NCBI GenBank assembly: GCA_019636845.1
Contig: JAHBWV010000002.1
Location: 35,655 to 99,654, forward strand
Source of the DNA: Phycisphaeraceae bacterium
Lineage (GTDB): Bacteria > Planctomycetota > Phycisphaerae > Phycisphaerales > UBA1924
DNA length: 64,000 nt
Direction: 5' to 3'
The notes under the pieces are model-generated. The model searched no databases, was not told the origin of the DNA, and saw only the letters and a list, made by a program, of their open reading frames with translations. Below, in pieces: positions 37,545 through 47,218 of this stretch; positions within the stretch are counted from its first letter, which is position 1; each line of letters begins with the position of its first letter. A program made the position numbers and the translations under genes.

Positions 37545-38000
37545 TTGTGTATGTTTGTGACGCACGGAGGCGATGTGGCTGAGATTGTGACGAGCGTTCG
37601 CCGGATCGGTCTTGTGGTGGCCGGCGTTGGGTCGATTCTGCTTGGTTTGCTGGTGGCGTGGATGTTTGTTCGTCCTGGCGTGATCGGCGGCGTGGGGACG
37701 GGTGCGTTGGCGGCGATCTTCGGATTGGTGGCGTTGCCGGGGGTTGTGTACTGGTTCTGGACGCTGGATCGGCGGGCGGCGGTGCGTCAGGCGGCGCGTC
37801 GGCGGACGTTGGCGGCGGCATTGGAAGGCGCGGATGTGCCTCGGCGGGTGTTGGTGGGGGTGTCCGGAGCGCGGAGCATGGGCCGCGAGGCGGGCGCGGC
37901 GCAGGTGGTGCAGCACGACGGGGCGCGTGCGGGGGGGCGCGGGGATGAGCGTCGTGAGCGGCCGCATCGGGCGGCTCCTCGCGCGGTGCGTGTGGGGTGA
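37545..38000 (+). CDS. Possible small two-TM membrane protein (weak call)
   Basis: It is the only ORF in the 850-bp gap between bamA and the VOC gene. Two hydrophobic segments are present (IGLVVAGVGSILLGLLVAWMFV and GALAAIFGLVALPGVVYWFW). However, G/T-rich DNA produces such peptides by chance. Confidence 0.25.
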   Translation: MCMFVTHGGDVAEIVTSVRRIGLVVAGVGSILLGLLVAWMFVRPGVIGGVGTGALAAIFGLVALPGVVYWFWTLDRRAAVRQAARRRTLAAALEGADVPRRVLVGVSGARSMGREAGAAQVVQHDGARAGGRGDERRERPHRAAPRAVRVG

Positions 38001-38108
38001 GTGCGATCGCTTCCGGCAGCTGTGATTGACAGCGCGGAACGGCGGATCGTGAGAGTGAAGCGTGCGCGTGAGTCGATGATGTGGGCTTGCCGCGAGTGCG
38101 CGTCGGCT

Positions 38109-38606
38109 TCATCCCTTGCGTGCGGCCTCGATCTGGGCTTCGATTTGGGCGATATCAATCTTGCCCATGGTCATCATGGCTTCGAAGGCGCGCTTGGCGA
38201 TGGCGGGGTTGGCATCGACGATGGAACTGGTGAGGATGGTGGGTGTGATCTGCCAGGAGATGCCCCATTTGTCTTTGCACCAGCCGCACGCGGATTCGGA
38301 GCCGCCGTTGCTGACGATGGCGTTCCAGTAGCGATCGGTCTCGGCCTGGTCTTCGGTGGCGATCTGGAAGGAGAAGGCCTCGGTCTGTTTGAACTGTGGG
38401 CCGCCGTTGAGGCCGAGGCAGGGGATGCCCAGGACGGTGAACTCGATGGTCAGGACGTCACCCTTCTTTCCAGAGGGGTAGTCGGCTGGGGCGCGGAAGA
38501 TGTGGCCGACGGATGAGTTGGGGAAGGTCTTGGCGTAGAAGCGTGCGGCTTCCTCGGCGTCGTTGTTGAACCAGAGACAGATCCTGTTCTTGGGGAGTGA
38601 TAGCAT
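38109..38606 (-). CDS. VOC/glyoxalase-superfamily protein (PhnB / 3-demethylubiquinone-9 3-methyltransferase-domain type)
   Basis: ICLWFNNDAEEAARFYAKTFPNS...GGPQFKQTEAFSFQIATEDQAETDRYWNAIVSNGGSESACGWCKDKWGISWQITP. The start is ATG 38606. Confidence 0.85.
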   Translation of the reverse strand: MLSLPKNRICLWFNNDAEEAARFYAKTFPNSSVGHIFRAPADYPSGKKGDVLTIEFTVLGIPCLGLNGGPQFKQTEAFSFQIATEDQAETDRYWNAIVSNGGSESACGWCKDKWGISWQITPTILTSSIVDANPAIAKRAFEAMMTMGKIDIAQIEAQIEAARKG

Positions 38607-38686
38607 GGCCGCATTATATGCCACATACAGCATATGAAGCGGCGGGGGTTTCGTGTGTCGGCTGGGAGAGAGGGCGTGGGGGGCGT

Positions 38687-38731
38687 GGGGTGTGTGGGGT
38701 GTGCGGGGTGTGCGGGGTGTGTGGGGTGTGT
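38687..38731 (+). repeat. Tandem 9-bp G-rich repeat (5 units of GGGGTGTG[TC])
   Basis: The units read ggggtgtgt ggggtgtgc ggggtgtgc ggggtgtgt ggggtgtgt. They are flanked by more GGGG runs (38672-38768), in the divergent VOC/hpf intergenic region. Confidence 0.85.
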
Positions 38732-38875
38732 GAGGGGTGCGTGCGGGCATCCTGGGGGTGGGCGTGGTGGTACATTCAGGGAGAGCGGAAGCGTGGGGCG
38801 AACGATGGAGCGTGTGGGGCGTACGTGGCGTGTGTTCACGGGTCCTTCGTGGGGGCCGGAACGAGGAGTACTGAC

Positions 38876-39193
38876 ATGCGGATCCAGGTCAACACGGACA
38901 GCCAGACGCCGGGGACGGCCGATCTTGAGCGGAGCGTTGAGTTTGTGATCGTTGAGAAGTTGGGGCGCTTTGCGGAGCGGATCACGCGGGTTGAGGTGCA
39001 CCTGACGGACGAGAACGGGACGGGAAAGTCGGGCGGGAACGACAAGCGGTGCATGATCGAGGTGCGGATGGCGGGGAAGGAGCCGGTCACCGCGACCGAC
39101 CGCGGCGCAACGCACGATGTGGCACTGCGCGGCGCGACGGCGAAGATGCAGAGCCAGCTCGACACGATCATCGGCAAGCTCGGACGCGGGTGA
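38876..39193 (+). CDS. hpf: HPF/RaiA-family ribosome-associated protein
   Basis: MRIQVNTDSQ...VEFVIVEKLGRFAERITRVEVHLTDENG...KRCMIEVRMAGKEPVTATD. GAGGAG lies 7 nt upstream of the ATG. Confidence 0.75.
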   Translation: MRIQVNTDSQTPGTADLERSVEFVIVEKLGRFAERITRVEVHLTDENGTGKSGGNDKRCMIEVRMAGKEPVTATDRGATHDVALRGATAKMQSQLDTIIGKLGRG

Positions 39194-39235
39194 TGTATCC
39201 AGTGGGCAGATTGAGGGCGATGGGAAAGGGCTGGC

Positions 39236-40372
39236 TTACGTCAACGACACCGGCATCACCACATAAACGAAGTCCGTTCCGCTCTTGATGAGGCCGGGCT
39301 TGCTGGAGCTCTTGAGTTCCATAATGACCTGGTTCTCGGGGATGACCTTGAGGGCGTCGGTGATGAAGGTGGGGTTGAAGCCGATCTCGATATCGCCACC
39401 GTCGAAGCCCGCGAGGTCGACGCGGATCTCGGCCTCGCCCATTTCGGGCGCGCGGCTGGAGAGCTCGACCTGCTTGTCGGCCTTTTTGAAGGACATGCGC
39501 ACGCCGCGGGACTCTTCGTTGGTGAGGAGTGCGGCGCGGCGGACGGCGGAGGAGAGCACATCGCGGTCGAAGGTGACCTTGATGTCGTGGTCCTTGGGGA
39601 TGACGTCTTCGTAGGGGGGGAAGGTGCCTTCGACGAGGTTGCTGGCCAGGACCGCTGTCTCGCCGAGGGCGAAGACGATCTGGTTGTCGGTGAGGGAGAT
39701 GCGGACCTGCTCGTCGGGGTTTCCGAGGAGTCGGGTGAGCATGTTGAGGGCTTTGGTGGGGACGATGCAGGAGAGGGGCTGGGCGTCTTTGTCGGCGGCG
39801 ACGTGTGTGCGCGTGAGGGCGAGGCGGCGGCCGTCGGTGGCGACCATCTCCATGCGCTTGCCGTCGCGCTTCAGGAGGACGCCGTTGATGGCGTAGCGGG
39901 TGTTCTCGCGGGCGGTGGCGAAGACGGTGCGGGCGATCAGGCCGCCGAGCGTGGCGGCGTCTTGTGTGAAGCTGGCCTTGCCGGTTGTGGCTTCGAGGCC
40001 GGGGATTGCAGGGAAGTCGGCCGGTGGGTATCCGAGGACCTTGAAATGGGCATCGTCGCCCTTGATGTGGCAGGCATCGCCATCGGACTCGAGGGTGAGG
40101 GTTGGTGCGGCGTCTTCGGCGGAAACGATCTGTCGGAGTTTGTCGGCGGGGATGAGCACCTCGCCGGGCTGTGTGACATCGACCTGCGATATCCGGAGGC
40201 GGATGGAGATCTCTGCGTCGGTGGCGGAGAGGGTGAGCGAGCCGACCTTGCCCGACTTTTCCGCGGTGAGTTTCACGCAGGTGAGCTGGGGGCGGGGTGA
40301 GCGAGAGGCGACAACGCCGGAGACGACGTTGACGGCGTTCAGAAGCGCAGAGCGATCGCAGATGACCTTCAT
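39236..40372 (-). CDS. dnaN: DNA polymerase III beta sliding clamp
   Basis: MKVICDRSALLNAVNVVSGVVASRSPRPQLTCVKLTAEK...LGYPPADFPAIP... with three-domain length (378 aa). Confidence 0.93.
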   Translation of the reverse strand: MKVICDRSALLNAVNVVSGVVASRSPRPQLTCVKLTAEKSGKVGSLTLSATDAEISIRLRISQVDVTQPGEVLIPADKLRQIVSAEDAAPTLTLESDGDACHIKGDDAHFKVLGYPPADFPAIPGLEATTGKASFTQDAATLGGLIARTVFATARENTRYAINGVLLKRDGKRMEMVATDGRRLALTRTHVAADKDAQPLSCIVPTKALNMLTRLLGNPDEQVRISLTDNQIVFALGETAVLASNLVEGTFPPYEDVIPKDHDIKVTFDRDVLSSAVRRAALLTNEESRGVRMSFKKADKQVELSSRAPEMGEAEIRVDLAGFDGGDIEIGFNPTFITDALKVIPENQVIMELKSSSKPGLIKSGTDFVYVVMPVSLT

Positions 40373-40657
40373 GGGCCACTCCGTAGGTGAGGGGGGGGCG
40401 CGAGGATGTGTTCCACGGCTCCCCCGGCGGTCGGGAAGTGTACACCGGCGGGGGTGGGAGGTGTTGTGGGGCTGGTTCTTGCGCCACGATCTGTGGTGGT
40501 GGCGTGTTTTCCTGTGGGTGGCTTGGGGATTTCGGGGTGGTTTCGGGGTGTCGGTCCGAACCCGGACCTATGGTATTGGTTACGTTGTTGGGGGTGCGGG
40601 AGCCCGATCTCGGGCCTCCGTTGTCCTTTGTCGCCGACTCGGCAGGGAGCTGGACGG

Positions 40658-42628
40658 ATGTCATTTGAAGCCGCGGTACACGCACAGGCCATTGAACTCG
40701 GGAAGATCTCGCTGGAGATGACAGCGGCTGCGGGGAGCGGGCATCCGACGACTGCGTTGTCATTGGCGCACATCACAACGGTGTTGATGTTCCACACGAT
40801 GCGTTGGAGCCCCGAGTACCCCGACTATCCGACGAGCGACCGGCTGGTGCTGAGCGAGGGGCACGCGGTGCCGATCGTGTATGCCGCGGCTTGTGAGCTG
40901 GGCGTGATGGTGGGGAAGGACCCTGAGAATCGGCGTGCGTTGACGCGTGATGATGCGAAGACGCTGCGTGCGTGGAACTCGGAGTTGGATGGGCACCCGA
41001 ACCCGATGGAGGGTTTCCCGTTCTTTGATGCTGCGACGGGTTCGTTGGGTCAGGGTTTGTCGGTCGCGGCGGGCGTGGGCGAGGCGGCGCGTCTGGACAA
41101 GATCGGTCGTCACGTGTACTGCATCATCGGCGATGGTGAGGCGCGTGAGGGGCAGATCACGGAGGCCCTGGATTACATCATCGACCGGAAGCTGAACAAT
41201 GTGCTTCCGATCTTCAACTGCAACGGCTACGGCCAGGCGGACCGGGTCTCGCAGCAGCAGTCGGCGGATCGACTGGCGGCGAAGCTCGAGGCGTCGGGGT
41301 ACATCGTGAAGGTGATCGACGGGCACAGCCCGAGCCAGATCAAGGGCGCCTTCGACGCGTTCGTGGCGAATGCGGCTGACGCATCCGCGGCGCCGATGGC
41401 GATCGTCGCGAAGACGGTCAAGGGGTGGGGATCTCAGACGGTGCAGGGCGGGGGCTGGCACGGGAAGCCGGCGACGGGCGATGCGCTGCGTCGGGCGCTT
41501 GCGGATCTGGACGAGCGGCGCGTGGAGTTGACGAGCACGCTGGTGGCGACGGATGCGTTTGAGATCCAGCCGCCGGAAGAGGCGCCGGACACGGAGCCGA
41601 AGCAGGGCGACCTGCCTCCGATGGGCGAGGCGATGAAGTCGATGGACATGGAGTCGCTGCTGCACACGGGGAAGCTGGCGACGCGTCGGGCGTACGGGAT
41701 CGCGTTGCGTGCGCTCGGGAACGTGAACGACCGCGTGGTGGTGCTGGACTGCGACGTGTCGAACTCGACGTTCGCGGATGCGTTCGGGAAGGCGAGCGCG
41801 CTGGCCGAGCGGTTCATGGAGTGCAAGATCGGCGAGCAGAACATGTTCAGCGTTGCGGCGGGCCTGTCGGCGGCGGGGAAGATCCCGTTCTGCTCGACGT
41901 TCGCGAAGTTTGTGACGCGCGGGTATGACCAGATCGAGATGGCGATCAACTCTGGCGCGAACATCAAGATTGTCGGTTCGCACGCGGGGATCACGCTCGC
42001 CTCGGACGGTCCGAGCCAGATGGCTCTGCCGGACGTGGCGTGGTTCCGCTCGTTCAGCACGATGCGCGATCATCGCGGGAACCCGGGGTGTTATGTGCTC
42101 CAGCCGGCGGACGCGTTCGCGGCGTACGCGCTGACGGGCGTGATGGCCGAGTACGAGGGCGCGTGCTACATGCGGACGCTGCGTGCGGACACGGAGTTCC
42201 TGTACTCGGACAAACAGGTGTTCAACCTGGGCGGGTTCGAGGTGCTGCAGGAGGGGCGTGACGTGGTGCTGTGCGCCTCCGGGTACATGGTTCACGAGGC
42301 GAACAAGGCGATCGAGCTTCTGGACAAGGCGGGGATCTCTGCGACGCTGGTCGATCTGTACTCGCTGCCGTTCGACTCGGACAAGCTGCTCGACATCGTG
42401 AACGAGAACGGCGGGTACGTGATCTCGCTCGAGGACAACTACGGGGGCGGGATCGGCTCTGCGATCGCGGACATCCTGGCGGAGTCGGGCGACGGGTTCA
42501 CGCTGCACCAGATGTATGTGAAGCGGATCCCGAAGAGTGCGAAGACGCCCGATGAGATGCTCCAGATGTGCGGGCTGACCGCGCAGGACATCCTGAAGGC
42601 GACGCTGAAGCTGCTGCAGGTGGCCTGA
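40658..42628 (+). CDS. tkt: Transketolase-family protein (N- and C-terminal halves fused)
   Basis: AGSGHPTTALSLAHITTVLMFH...SDRLVLSEGHAVPIVYAA...IIGDGEAREGQ. The start is ATG 40658, with GGGAG 8 nt upstream. Confidence 0.88.
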   Translation: MSFEAAVHAQAIELGKISLEMTAAAGSGHPTTALSLAHITTVLMFHTMRWSPEYPDYPTSDRLVLSEGHAVPIVYAAACELGVMVGKDPENRRALTRDDAKTLRAWNSELDGHPNPMEGFPFFDAATGSLGQGLSVAAGVGEAARLDKIGRHVYCIIGDGEAREGQITEALDYIIDRKLNNVLPIFNCNGYGQADRVSQQQSADRLAAKLEASGYIVKVIDGHSPSQIKGAFDAFVANAADASAAPMAIVAKTVKGWGSQTVQGGGWHGKPATGDALRRALADLDERRVELTSTLVATDAFEIQPPEEAPDTEPKQGDLPPMGEAMKSMDMESLLHTGKLATRRAYGIALRALGNVNDRVVVLDCDVSNSTFADAFGKASALAERFMECKIGEQNMFSVAAGLSAAGKIPFCSTFAKFVTRGYDQIEMAINSGANIKIVGSHAGITLASDGPSQMALPDVAWFRSFSTMRDHRGNPGCYVLQPADAFAAYALTGVMAEYEGACYMRTLRADTEFLYSDKQVFNLGGFEVLQEGRDVVLCASGYMVHEANKAIELLDKAGISATLVDLYSLPFDSDKLLDIVNENGGYVISLEDNYGGGIGSAIADILAESGDGFTLHQMYVKRIPKSAKTPDEMLQMCGLTAQDILKATLKLLQVA

Positions 42629-42658
42629 GAGACGCCGGAACTCGGCACGGATTCGCCG

Positions 42659-43831
42659 ATGCGCATTGTTCATTGCATGAGGCACATGCTGCTGGAGCAC
42701 GGCGGCGTGGTGCGCGCGGTGTTGGACATCTGCGCGGTGCTCGCGAGCGCCGGGCACGATGTCGAGCTGTGGTGCATCGATGACAAGGACGTGCCCGAGC
42801 CGTGGAAGCGGGGCGAGCCGGGGTTTCCGAGGGTGAGGCGGCTTCCGAGGCCGGGCCTGCCGGGGGCGATGTTCACGGCGGCGCAGTTGCGCGAGATCGG
42901 CGGGATGATGTCGGGCGCGGACGTGGTGCACCTGCACTCGGTCTGGCATATTTCGAACATGCAGATCGCGTCGCGCTGCCGCGCGAGCGGCGTGCCGTAT
43001 GTGGTGAGCATCCACGGGATGCTTGATGACTGGTCGATGGCGCAGCGCCGGACGAAGAAGAAGTTGTTTCTGGGTGTGGGCGGGCGCTCGATGATGGAGC
43101 GTGCGTCGTTTGTTCACTGCACGGCGCAGGCGGAGATGGATCAGAGCAAGAAGTGGTATCCGCGTGGTCGGGGGCGGGTGATACCGCTGGTGTTCGATGT
43201 CTCGCCGTTCCGCGTGATGCCGGGGCGCGGGCCTGCGGAGCGGAAGTTCGCGGCGTTGACGCGCGGGCGTCCGAATGTGTTGTTTCTGAGCCGCCTGCAT
43301 TACAAGAAGGGTGTGGAGCATCTGATCCGTGCGGCGGAGATTCTGCGCGGGCGCGGGGTTTCGATCACGGTGCTTGTGGCGGGGAGCGGGGACCACGAGT
43401 ACGAGCAGCGTCTTCGGTCGCTGGTGTCGGAGCTGAACCTGTCGGAGACGGTTGAATTTCTGGGGATGGTCTCGGGTGTGGAGAAGATCTCGCTGTACGA
43501 GGCGTCGGATGTGGTGGCGTTGCCGACGAGCCAGGAGAACTTCGGGTTTGTGGTGTTCGAGGCGCTGGCCTCGGGGCGGCCGCTGATCACGACGTCGGGT
43601 GTGGACACGTGGCCCGAGATCGAGGCATCCGGGGGCGGGCTGATCGTGGTGCAGGAGGCGGGGGCGATCGCGGAGGCGATCGAGGGGCTGCTTTCGGATC
43701 CGGAGCGACGCGCAAAGATGGGCGCTTCCGGGCGCGAGTGGGTGCTGCGCGAACTTGATCCGGCACGGGTCGTAGAGCGTTTCGTGGCGATGTACGCCGA
43801 GGCGGCAGGTTCGGCACCGACTCGTTCGTGA
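42659..43831 (+). CDS. Glycosyltransferase, GT4-like (GT-B fold)
   Basis: The C-terminal motif is ENFGFVVFEALASGRPLITTSGVDTWPEI (E-x7-E type). The N-terminus is MRIVHCMRHMLLEHGGVV. Confidence 0.85.
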   Translation: MRIVHCMRHMLLEHGGVVRAVLDICAVLASAGHDVELWCIDDKDVPEPWKRGEPGFPRVRRLPRPGLPGAMFTAAQLREIGGMMSGADVVHLHSVWHISNMQIASRCRASGVPYVVSIHGMLDDWSMAQRRTKKKLFLGVGGRSMMERASFVHCTAQAEMDQSKKWYPRGRGRVIPLVFDVSPFRVMPGRGPAERKFAALTRGRPNVLFLSRLHYKKGVEHLIRAAEILRGRGVSITVLVAGSGDHEYEQRLRSLVSELNLSETVEFLGMVSGVEKISLYEASDVVALPTSQENFGFVVFEALASGRPLITTSGVDTWPEIEASGGGLIVVQEAGAIAEAIEGLLSDPERRAKMGASGREWVLRELDPARVVERFVAMYAEAAGSAPTRS

Positions 43832-43900
43832 TCCGTATGTATCCCGAAGCGATTTCGGACGTTCGTCTGGTCCGCGTCATGGTTTCGGCCGATCTGTGAA

Positions 43901-44896
43901 GTGTTTGTGGCCACACCGAGGGTGTGGGTGTGTCCGTCTAGAGTCTTGGTTCCGCTCTGGTGTGGGCGGGCCGGGTTCGTACACGACTTGCGGAGAGCGC
44001 GTTTGGGGAGTCAGAACGGAGAAGCCAGGCACACGAGGGCCCAGCTTGCGCTGCGCGCGGCGTCGCATCGCGCGACGTGGTGGATCGGGCGGACGTTCAA
44101 GCGGTCGGTGCCGCTGGTGTTCGTGGTCGGGTATCCGAAGAGCGGGACGACGTGGATGTGCCAGTTGCTGGCCGAGTGTCTGCAGCTTCCCTTTCCGAGG
44201 TTCTCGCTGCTGCCGATCGGGTGTCCTGCTGTGGTACACGGGCACGACACGGTGGGGGCGCGTGATCCGCGCGGGGTGTACTCGATCCGTGATGGGCGTG
44301 ATGCGCTGGTGAGTTTCTACTTTCACATGGCGCGGCACTTGCCGGAGGGTGATCGGCCCCGGTTGTCGAAGGCCCAGCGGGCGATCTTTCCGGGGCTTGT
44401 GAACAAGAACGATGTGGCGACGAACTTTCCGAGGTTTCTGGAGCGGCAGATGTCGCATCCGACTTCGTGCCGCGTGAACTGGGGTCGGCACGTGGAGTCG
44501 TATCTGAGCACGCGTCGTCCTGACTGGGCGATGCTGCGATACGAGGACTTGCTGTCGAACGGGCATGCCGCGCTGGCGGGTGCTGTGTCGAAGGTGATGG
44601 GGGAGCCGGCGGACGATGAGCGCGTGGCGCGAGCGCTCGACACGTACAGCTTCGCGAGGCAGTCGGGGCGGAGGGCGGGCCAGGAGAACAAGAAGAGTTT
44701 TTTGCGGAAGGGCCAGGCGGGTGACTGGCGGAACTATTTCACGCGCGAGGTGGCGGAGATCTTCGATCGATCGTGCGGGAGTGCGCTGATCGGCGCGGGG
44801 TACGAGCCGGACCGCGCGTGGGTGGAGCGTTGTCCCGCGAGTATCGAGGAGATCGGTGCGATGGCGGGATCTGGCGCCACGGGGGGCGGGGCATGA
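43901..44896 (+). CDS. Sulfotransferase (Sulfotransfer_1-like)
   Basis: The 5'-PSB loop is GYPKSGTTWMCQLL and the 3'-PB motif is FLRKGQAGDWRNYF. The start is uncertain and probably lies downstream of 43901. Confidence 0.8.
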   Translation: MFVATPRVWVCPSRVLVPLWCGRAGFVHDLRRARLGSQNGEARHTRAQLALRAASHRATWWIGRTFKRSVPLVFVVGYPKSGTTWMCQLLAECLQLPFPRFSLLPIGCPAVVHGHDTVGARDPRGVYSIRDGRDALVSFYFHMARHLPEGDRPRLSKAQRAIFPGLVNKNDVATNFPRFLERQMSHPTSCRVNWGRHVESYLSTRRPDWAMLRYEDLLSNGHAALAGAVSKVMGEPADDERVARALDTYSFARQSGRRAGQENKKSFLRKGQAGDWRNYFTREVAEIFDRSCGSALIGAGYEPDRAWVERCPASIEEIGAMAGSGATGGGA

Positions 44897-45774
44897 AGCT
44901 GCCGCGCTTCCTGATCATCGGCGCGATGAAGGCGGGGACGACGACGCTGTATCGCGATCTCCTGGCCAATCCTGCGGTGTACATGCCCCAGGAGAAGGAG
45001 CCGAACAATCTGTGTTCGGACGAGGTGCTGACGGAGCGTGGGCTGCGCGACTATTCGTCGCTGTTCGCGGCGATGAGGGGTGAGCAGGTCGGGGGCGAGG
45101 CGTCCACGAACTACACGAAGATCCCGATGTTCGCGGGCGTGCCGGAGCGGGCGCGGCGCGTGCTCGGCGAGGACGTGCGATTGATCTATGTGCTTCGCGA
45201 GCCGATCTCGCGCGCGATCAGCCATCACGCGCACGCGTTGACGACGGGGTACACCGCGGAGCGGGACTTCAACATCGACGTGAGGCGTCTGGAGCAGTAC
45301 CTGGATTTCAGCCGCTACGCGATGCAGGCATCGGCATGGCTTGATGTGTTCGGTCCGGAGCGGGTGATGCTGGTGCGGTTTGAGTCGTTCGTAGGGGACA
45401 GGCGGGGCACGGTGGAGCGTGTGAGCCGGTTCATCGGGGTGGAGCCGCGTGCGGATCTTGTTGACGAGAGCGCGGTTCACAACAAGACATCGGAGCGTGT
45501 GCGGAACGTCGGTCCGCTGCGTGTGGTGACGGCTTCGCGACCTTACAAGCGGTTCATTCGTCCGCTTCTCTCGCCGGAGGTGCGGACGAGGTTGCGTCGT
45601 ATGGTGCTTCCGAAGGCGGAGATCCATCCGATCGGGCCGACGCCCGAGACGATCGAGTGGATGATCGAGCGTCTGGAACCGGACACGGCGCGTCTGGCGT
45701 CGTTGATGGGGCAGTCCGGGCCGGTGTGGGACGTAGAGAAGGTTCGCAGCAAGTATGCGTCACAGAAGGTGTAG
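44893..45774 (+). CDS. Sulfotransferase (second, distinct family)
   Basis: MKLPRFLIIGAMKAGTTTLYRDL (PAPS-binding loop) ...IYVLREPISRAISHH. The ATG overlaps the preceding stop (ATGA). Confidence 0.8.
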   Translation: MKLPRFLIIGAMKAGTTTLYRDLLANPAVYMPQEKEPNNLCSDEVLTERGLRDYSSLFAAMRGEQVGGEASTNYTKIPMFAGVPERARRVLGEDVRLIYVLREPISRAISHHAHALTTGYTAERDFNIDVRRLEQYLDFSRYAMQASAWLDVFGPERVMLVRFESFVGDRRGTVERVSRFIGVEPRADLVDESAVHNKTSERVRNVGPLRVVTASRPYKRFIRPLLSPEVRTRLRRMVLPKAEIHPIGPTPETIEWMIERLEPDTARLASLMGQSGPVWDVEKVRSKYASQKV

Positions 45775-45780
45775 GGCCAC

Positions 45781-47196
45781 ATGACAGCCGCAGTCGCCAC
45801 CTATCTGCTGTTTCTCTCGCTCCTCCTGGGGCTGCTGATGATGCGCGACCACGTGAAGGGCCGCGTGGAGCTGCTCTCGATCCGGAACTTCGGTCTGGCG
45901 GGATTCATTATCTTTCAGCTGACATCGGCGTCGCTGGCGTTGTACCGGGAGTATCAGCCGCTCTATCCACTGACGGACACGGCGGGGACTGCGGTGAAGT
46001 ACGCGGCGTTCTGCACGGTGTTTCTGATCGTTGCACTCGTGGTGTATCGCGTGGGTCCCGGTGTGTCGAAGCTTGTGCGTCTGGTGCCGACATCGCGAGC
46101 GGTTCCGAACGAACCGTTCATGTGGCTGGTGGCGGCGATTCTCGCGTTCATGGCACTTGCCCTGCGGACGATGGTCCGCGTGCCGCTGGTCGCGGTGCTG
46201 GCGGACTATGTGGGAACGGCGTTCGCGGCGATCGCGTGCGGGCTGGCGGGGTGGATCTGGGCGAAGCGTTTCCTGAATCCGGCCGCGGCGACGTACGCCA
46301 TGCTGATCTTTCTGGCGTGCTCGGCGTCGGTGATCCTCGGGTCGTTCGGTCGGCGCGGGCTCGTGGCGGTGGGCGCGGGGATGTTGTGGGGGATGTATTA
46401 CTCACGCTGGCGTTTCAACGAACCGAAGCGGATGCTCGTCCAGTTGTCGCTGGTGGCGGCGGTCCCGATCGTCGCGCTCGCGTTGTTCACGTCTGTGCGT
46501 TCGTCGCGTGAGCACGATCGCGGGGTCGGGGAGCACGTGAGCGCGATCACATCTGGCGGGAGTCTCAAGGCGGGGCTTGAGATGCTGTTGGATGGGCAGG
46601 GGACGGGCTCGGTGAGCATGTGGCTCTCCGAGCAGTATCCGGATAATTACGCGTATCGGTGGTTCCATACGCCGAAGTACTTTGTGGTGTTCCCGGTGCC
46701 CAGGGCGTTGTGGAGGGGAAAGCCGGACGCGTTGAGCGAGCGGATCGCGACGATGGCGAATCGCTCGGGCGTCGATCGGAGTCGGCTGAAGGTCGGCCCG
46801 GGGATCATCGGGCATGCCGCGGCGGAGGGGGGCTGGATCGCGATCGTGTTCTACGGGATTCTTGCGGGGCTTGTGCTGAGGTTCTTCGACGAGATCGTGA
46901 GGCAGAGTCCGTACTCGCCGTTTGTGGTGCTGCCGGTGGGCGCGGCTCTTGGCCAGATCATCGGCCTGTCGCGTGGCGAGACGGCTCCGTTCTTGTTCAA
47001 CTATGTGTTCGGCGTGTTCGGCTCGTACTTCACGCTGATCATGGTCGCGAAGTTCGTGGAGCGGATCGGGCTGGCGCGGCCGGGTGATGGGTCGGAGCAG
47101 GGGGTCGCGCACTCGGATGAGTATGAGCAGTGGGAGGGATACGGCGACGAGACGCAGGACTCTTCCGGGTATGGAGATGAGCGGCAGGCGGGCTGA
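45781..47196 (+). CDS. Multi-pass membrane protein, O-antigen polymerase (Wzy)/EpsG-like
   Basis: It has about 10 or more hydrophobic helices and sits between the sulfotransferases and the flippase. The family assignment rests on context and topology only. Confidence 0.5.
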   Translation: MTAAVATYLLFLSLLLGLLMMRDHVKGRVELLSIRNFGLAGFIIFQLTSASLALYREYQPLYPLTDTAGTAVKYAAFCTVFLIVALVVYRVGPGVSKLVRLVPTSRAVPNEPFMWLVAAILAFMALALRTMVRVPLVAVLADYVGTAFAAIACGLAGWIWAKRFLNPAAATYAMLIFLACSASVILGSFGRRGLVAVGAGMLWGMYYSRWRFNEPKRMLVQLSLVAAVPIVALALFTSVRSSREHDRGVGEHVSAITSGGSLKAGLEMLLDGQGTGSVSMWLSEQYPDNYAYRWFHTPKYFVVFPVPRALWRGKPDALSERIATMANRSGVDRSRLKVGPGIIGHAAAEGGWIAIVFYGILAGLVLRFFDEIVRQSPYSPFVVLPVGAALGQIIGLSRGETAPFLFNYVFGVFGSYFTLIMVAKFVERIGLARPGDGSEQGVAHSDEYEQWEGYGDETQDSSGYGDERQAG

Positions 47197-47218
47197 TCGG
47201 CTTGTTGATCGGTAGGCA

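Noticed and set aside
37258-38112. 285-codon N-terminal extension of the bamA ORF (34723-38112)
   Set aside because: It is P/T/R/A-rich and low complexity. A good signal peptide starts at ATG 37257.
38687-38731. Possible CRISPR array
   Set aside because: The units are 9 bp and contiguous, with no spacers and no cas genes. This is a microsatellite-like tandem repeat.
38607-38750. TPHTPHTPRTPRTPHTPH N-terminal extension of the VOC protein ORF
   Set aside because: It is simply the translation of the 9-bp G-rich tandem repeat. The family-typical N-terminus starts at ATG 38606.
40373-40657. Possible TPP or other riboswitch upstream of the transketolase gene
   Set aside because: I found only short generic hairpins (GGTCCG/CGGACC and GCCCGA/TCGGGC). 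I could not find any conserved riboswitch core motif.
39168-43396. Long ORFs 39168-40763 (531 aa) and 40760-43396 (878 aa) on the minus strand
   Set aside because: They are extremely R/H/P/Q-rich. They lie antisense to, or out of frame with, dnaN, tkt and the glycosyltransferase, all of which have clear family motifs. Long spurious ORFs like these are typical of high-GC DNA.
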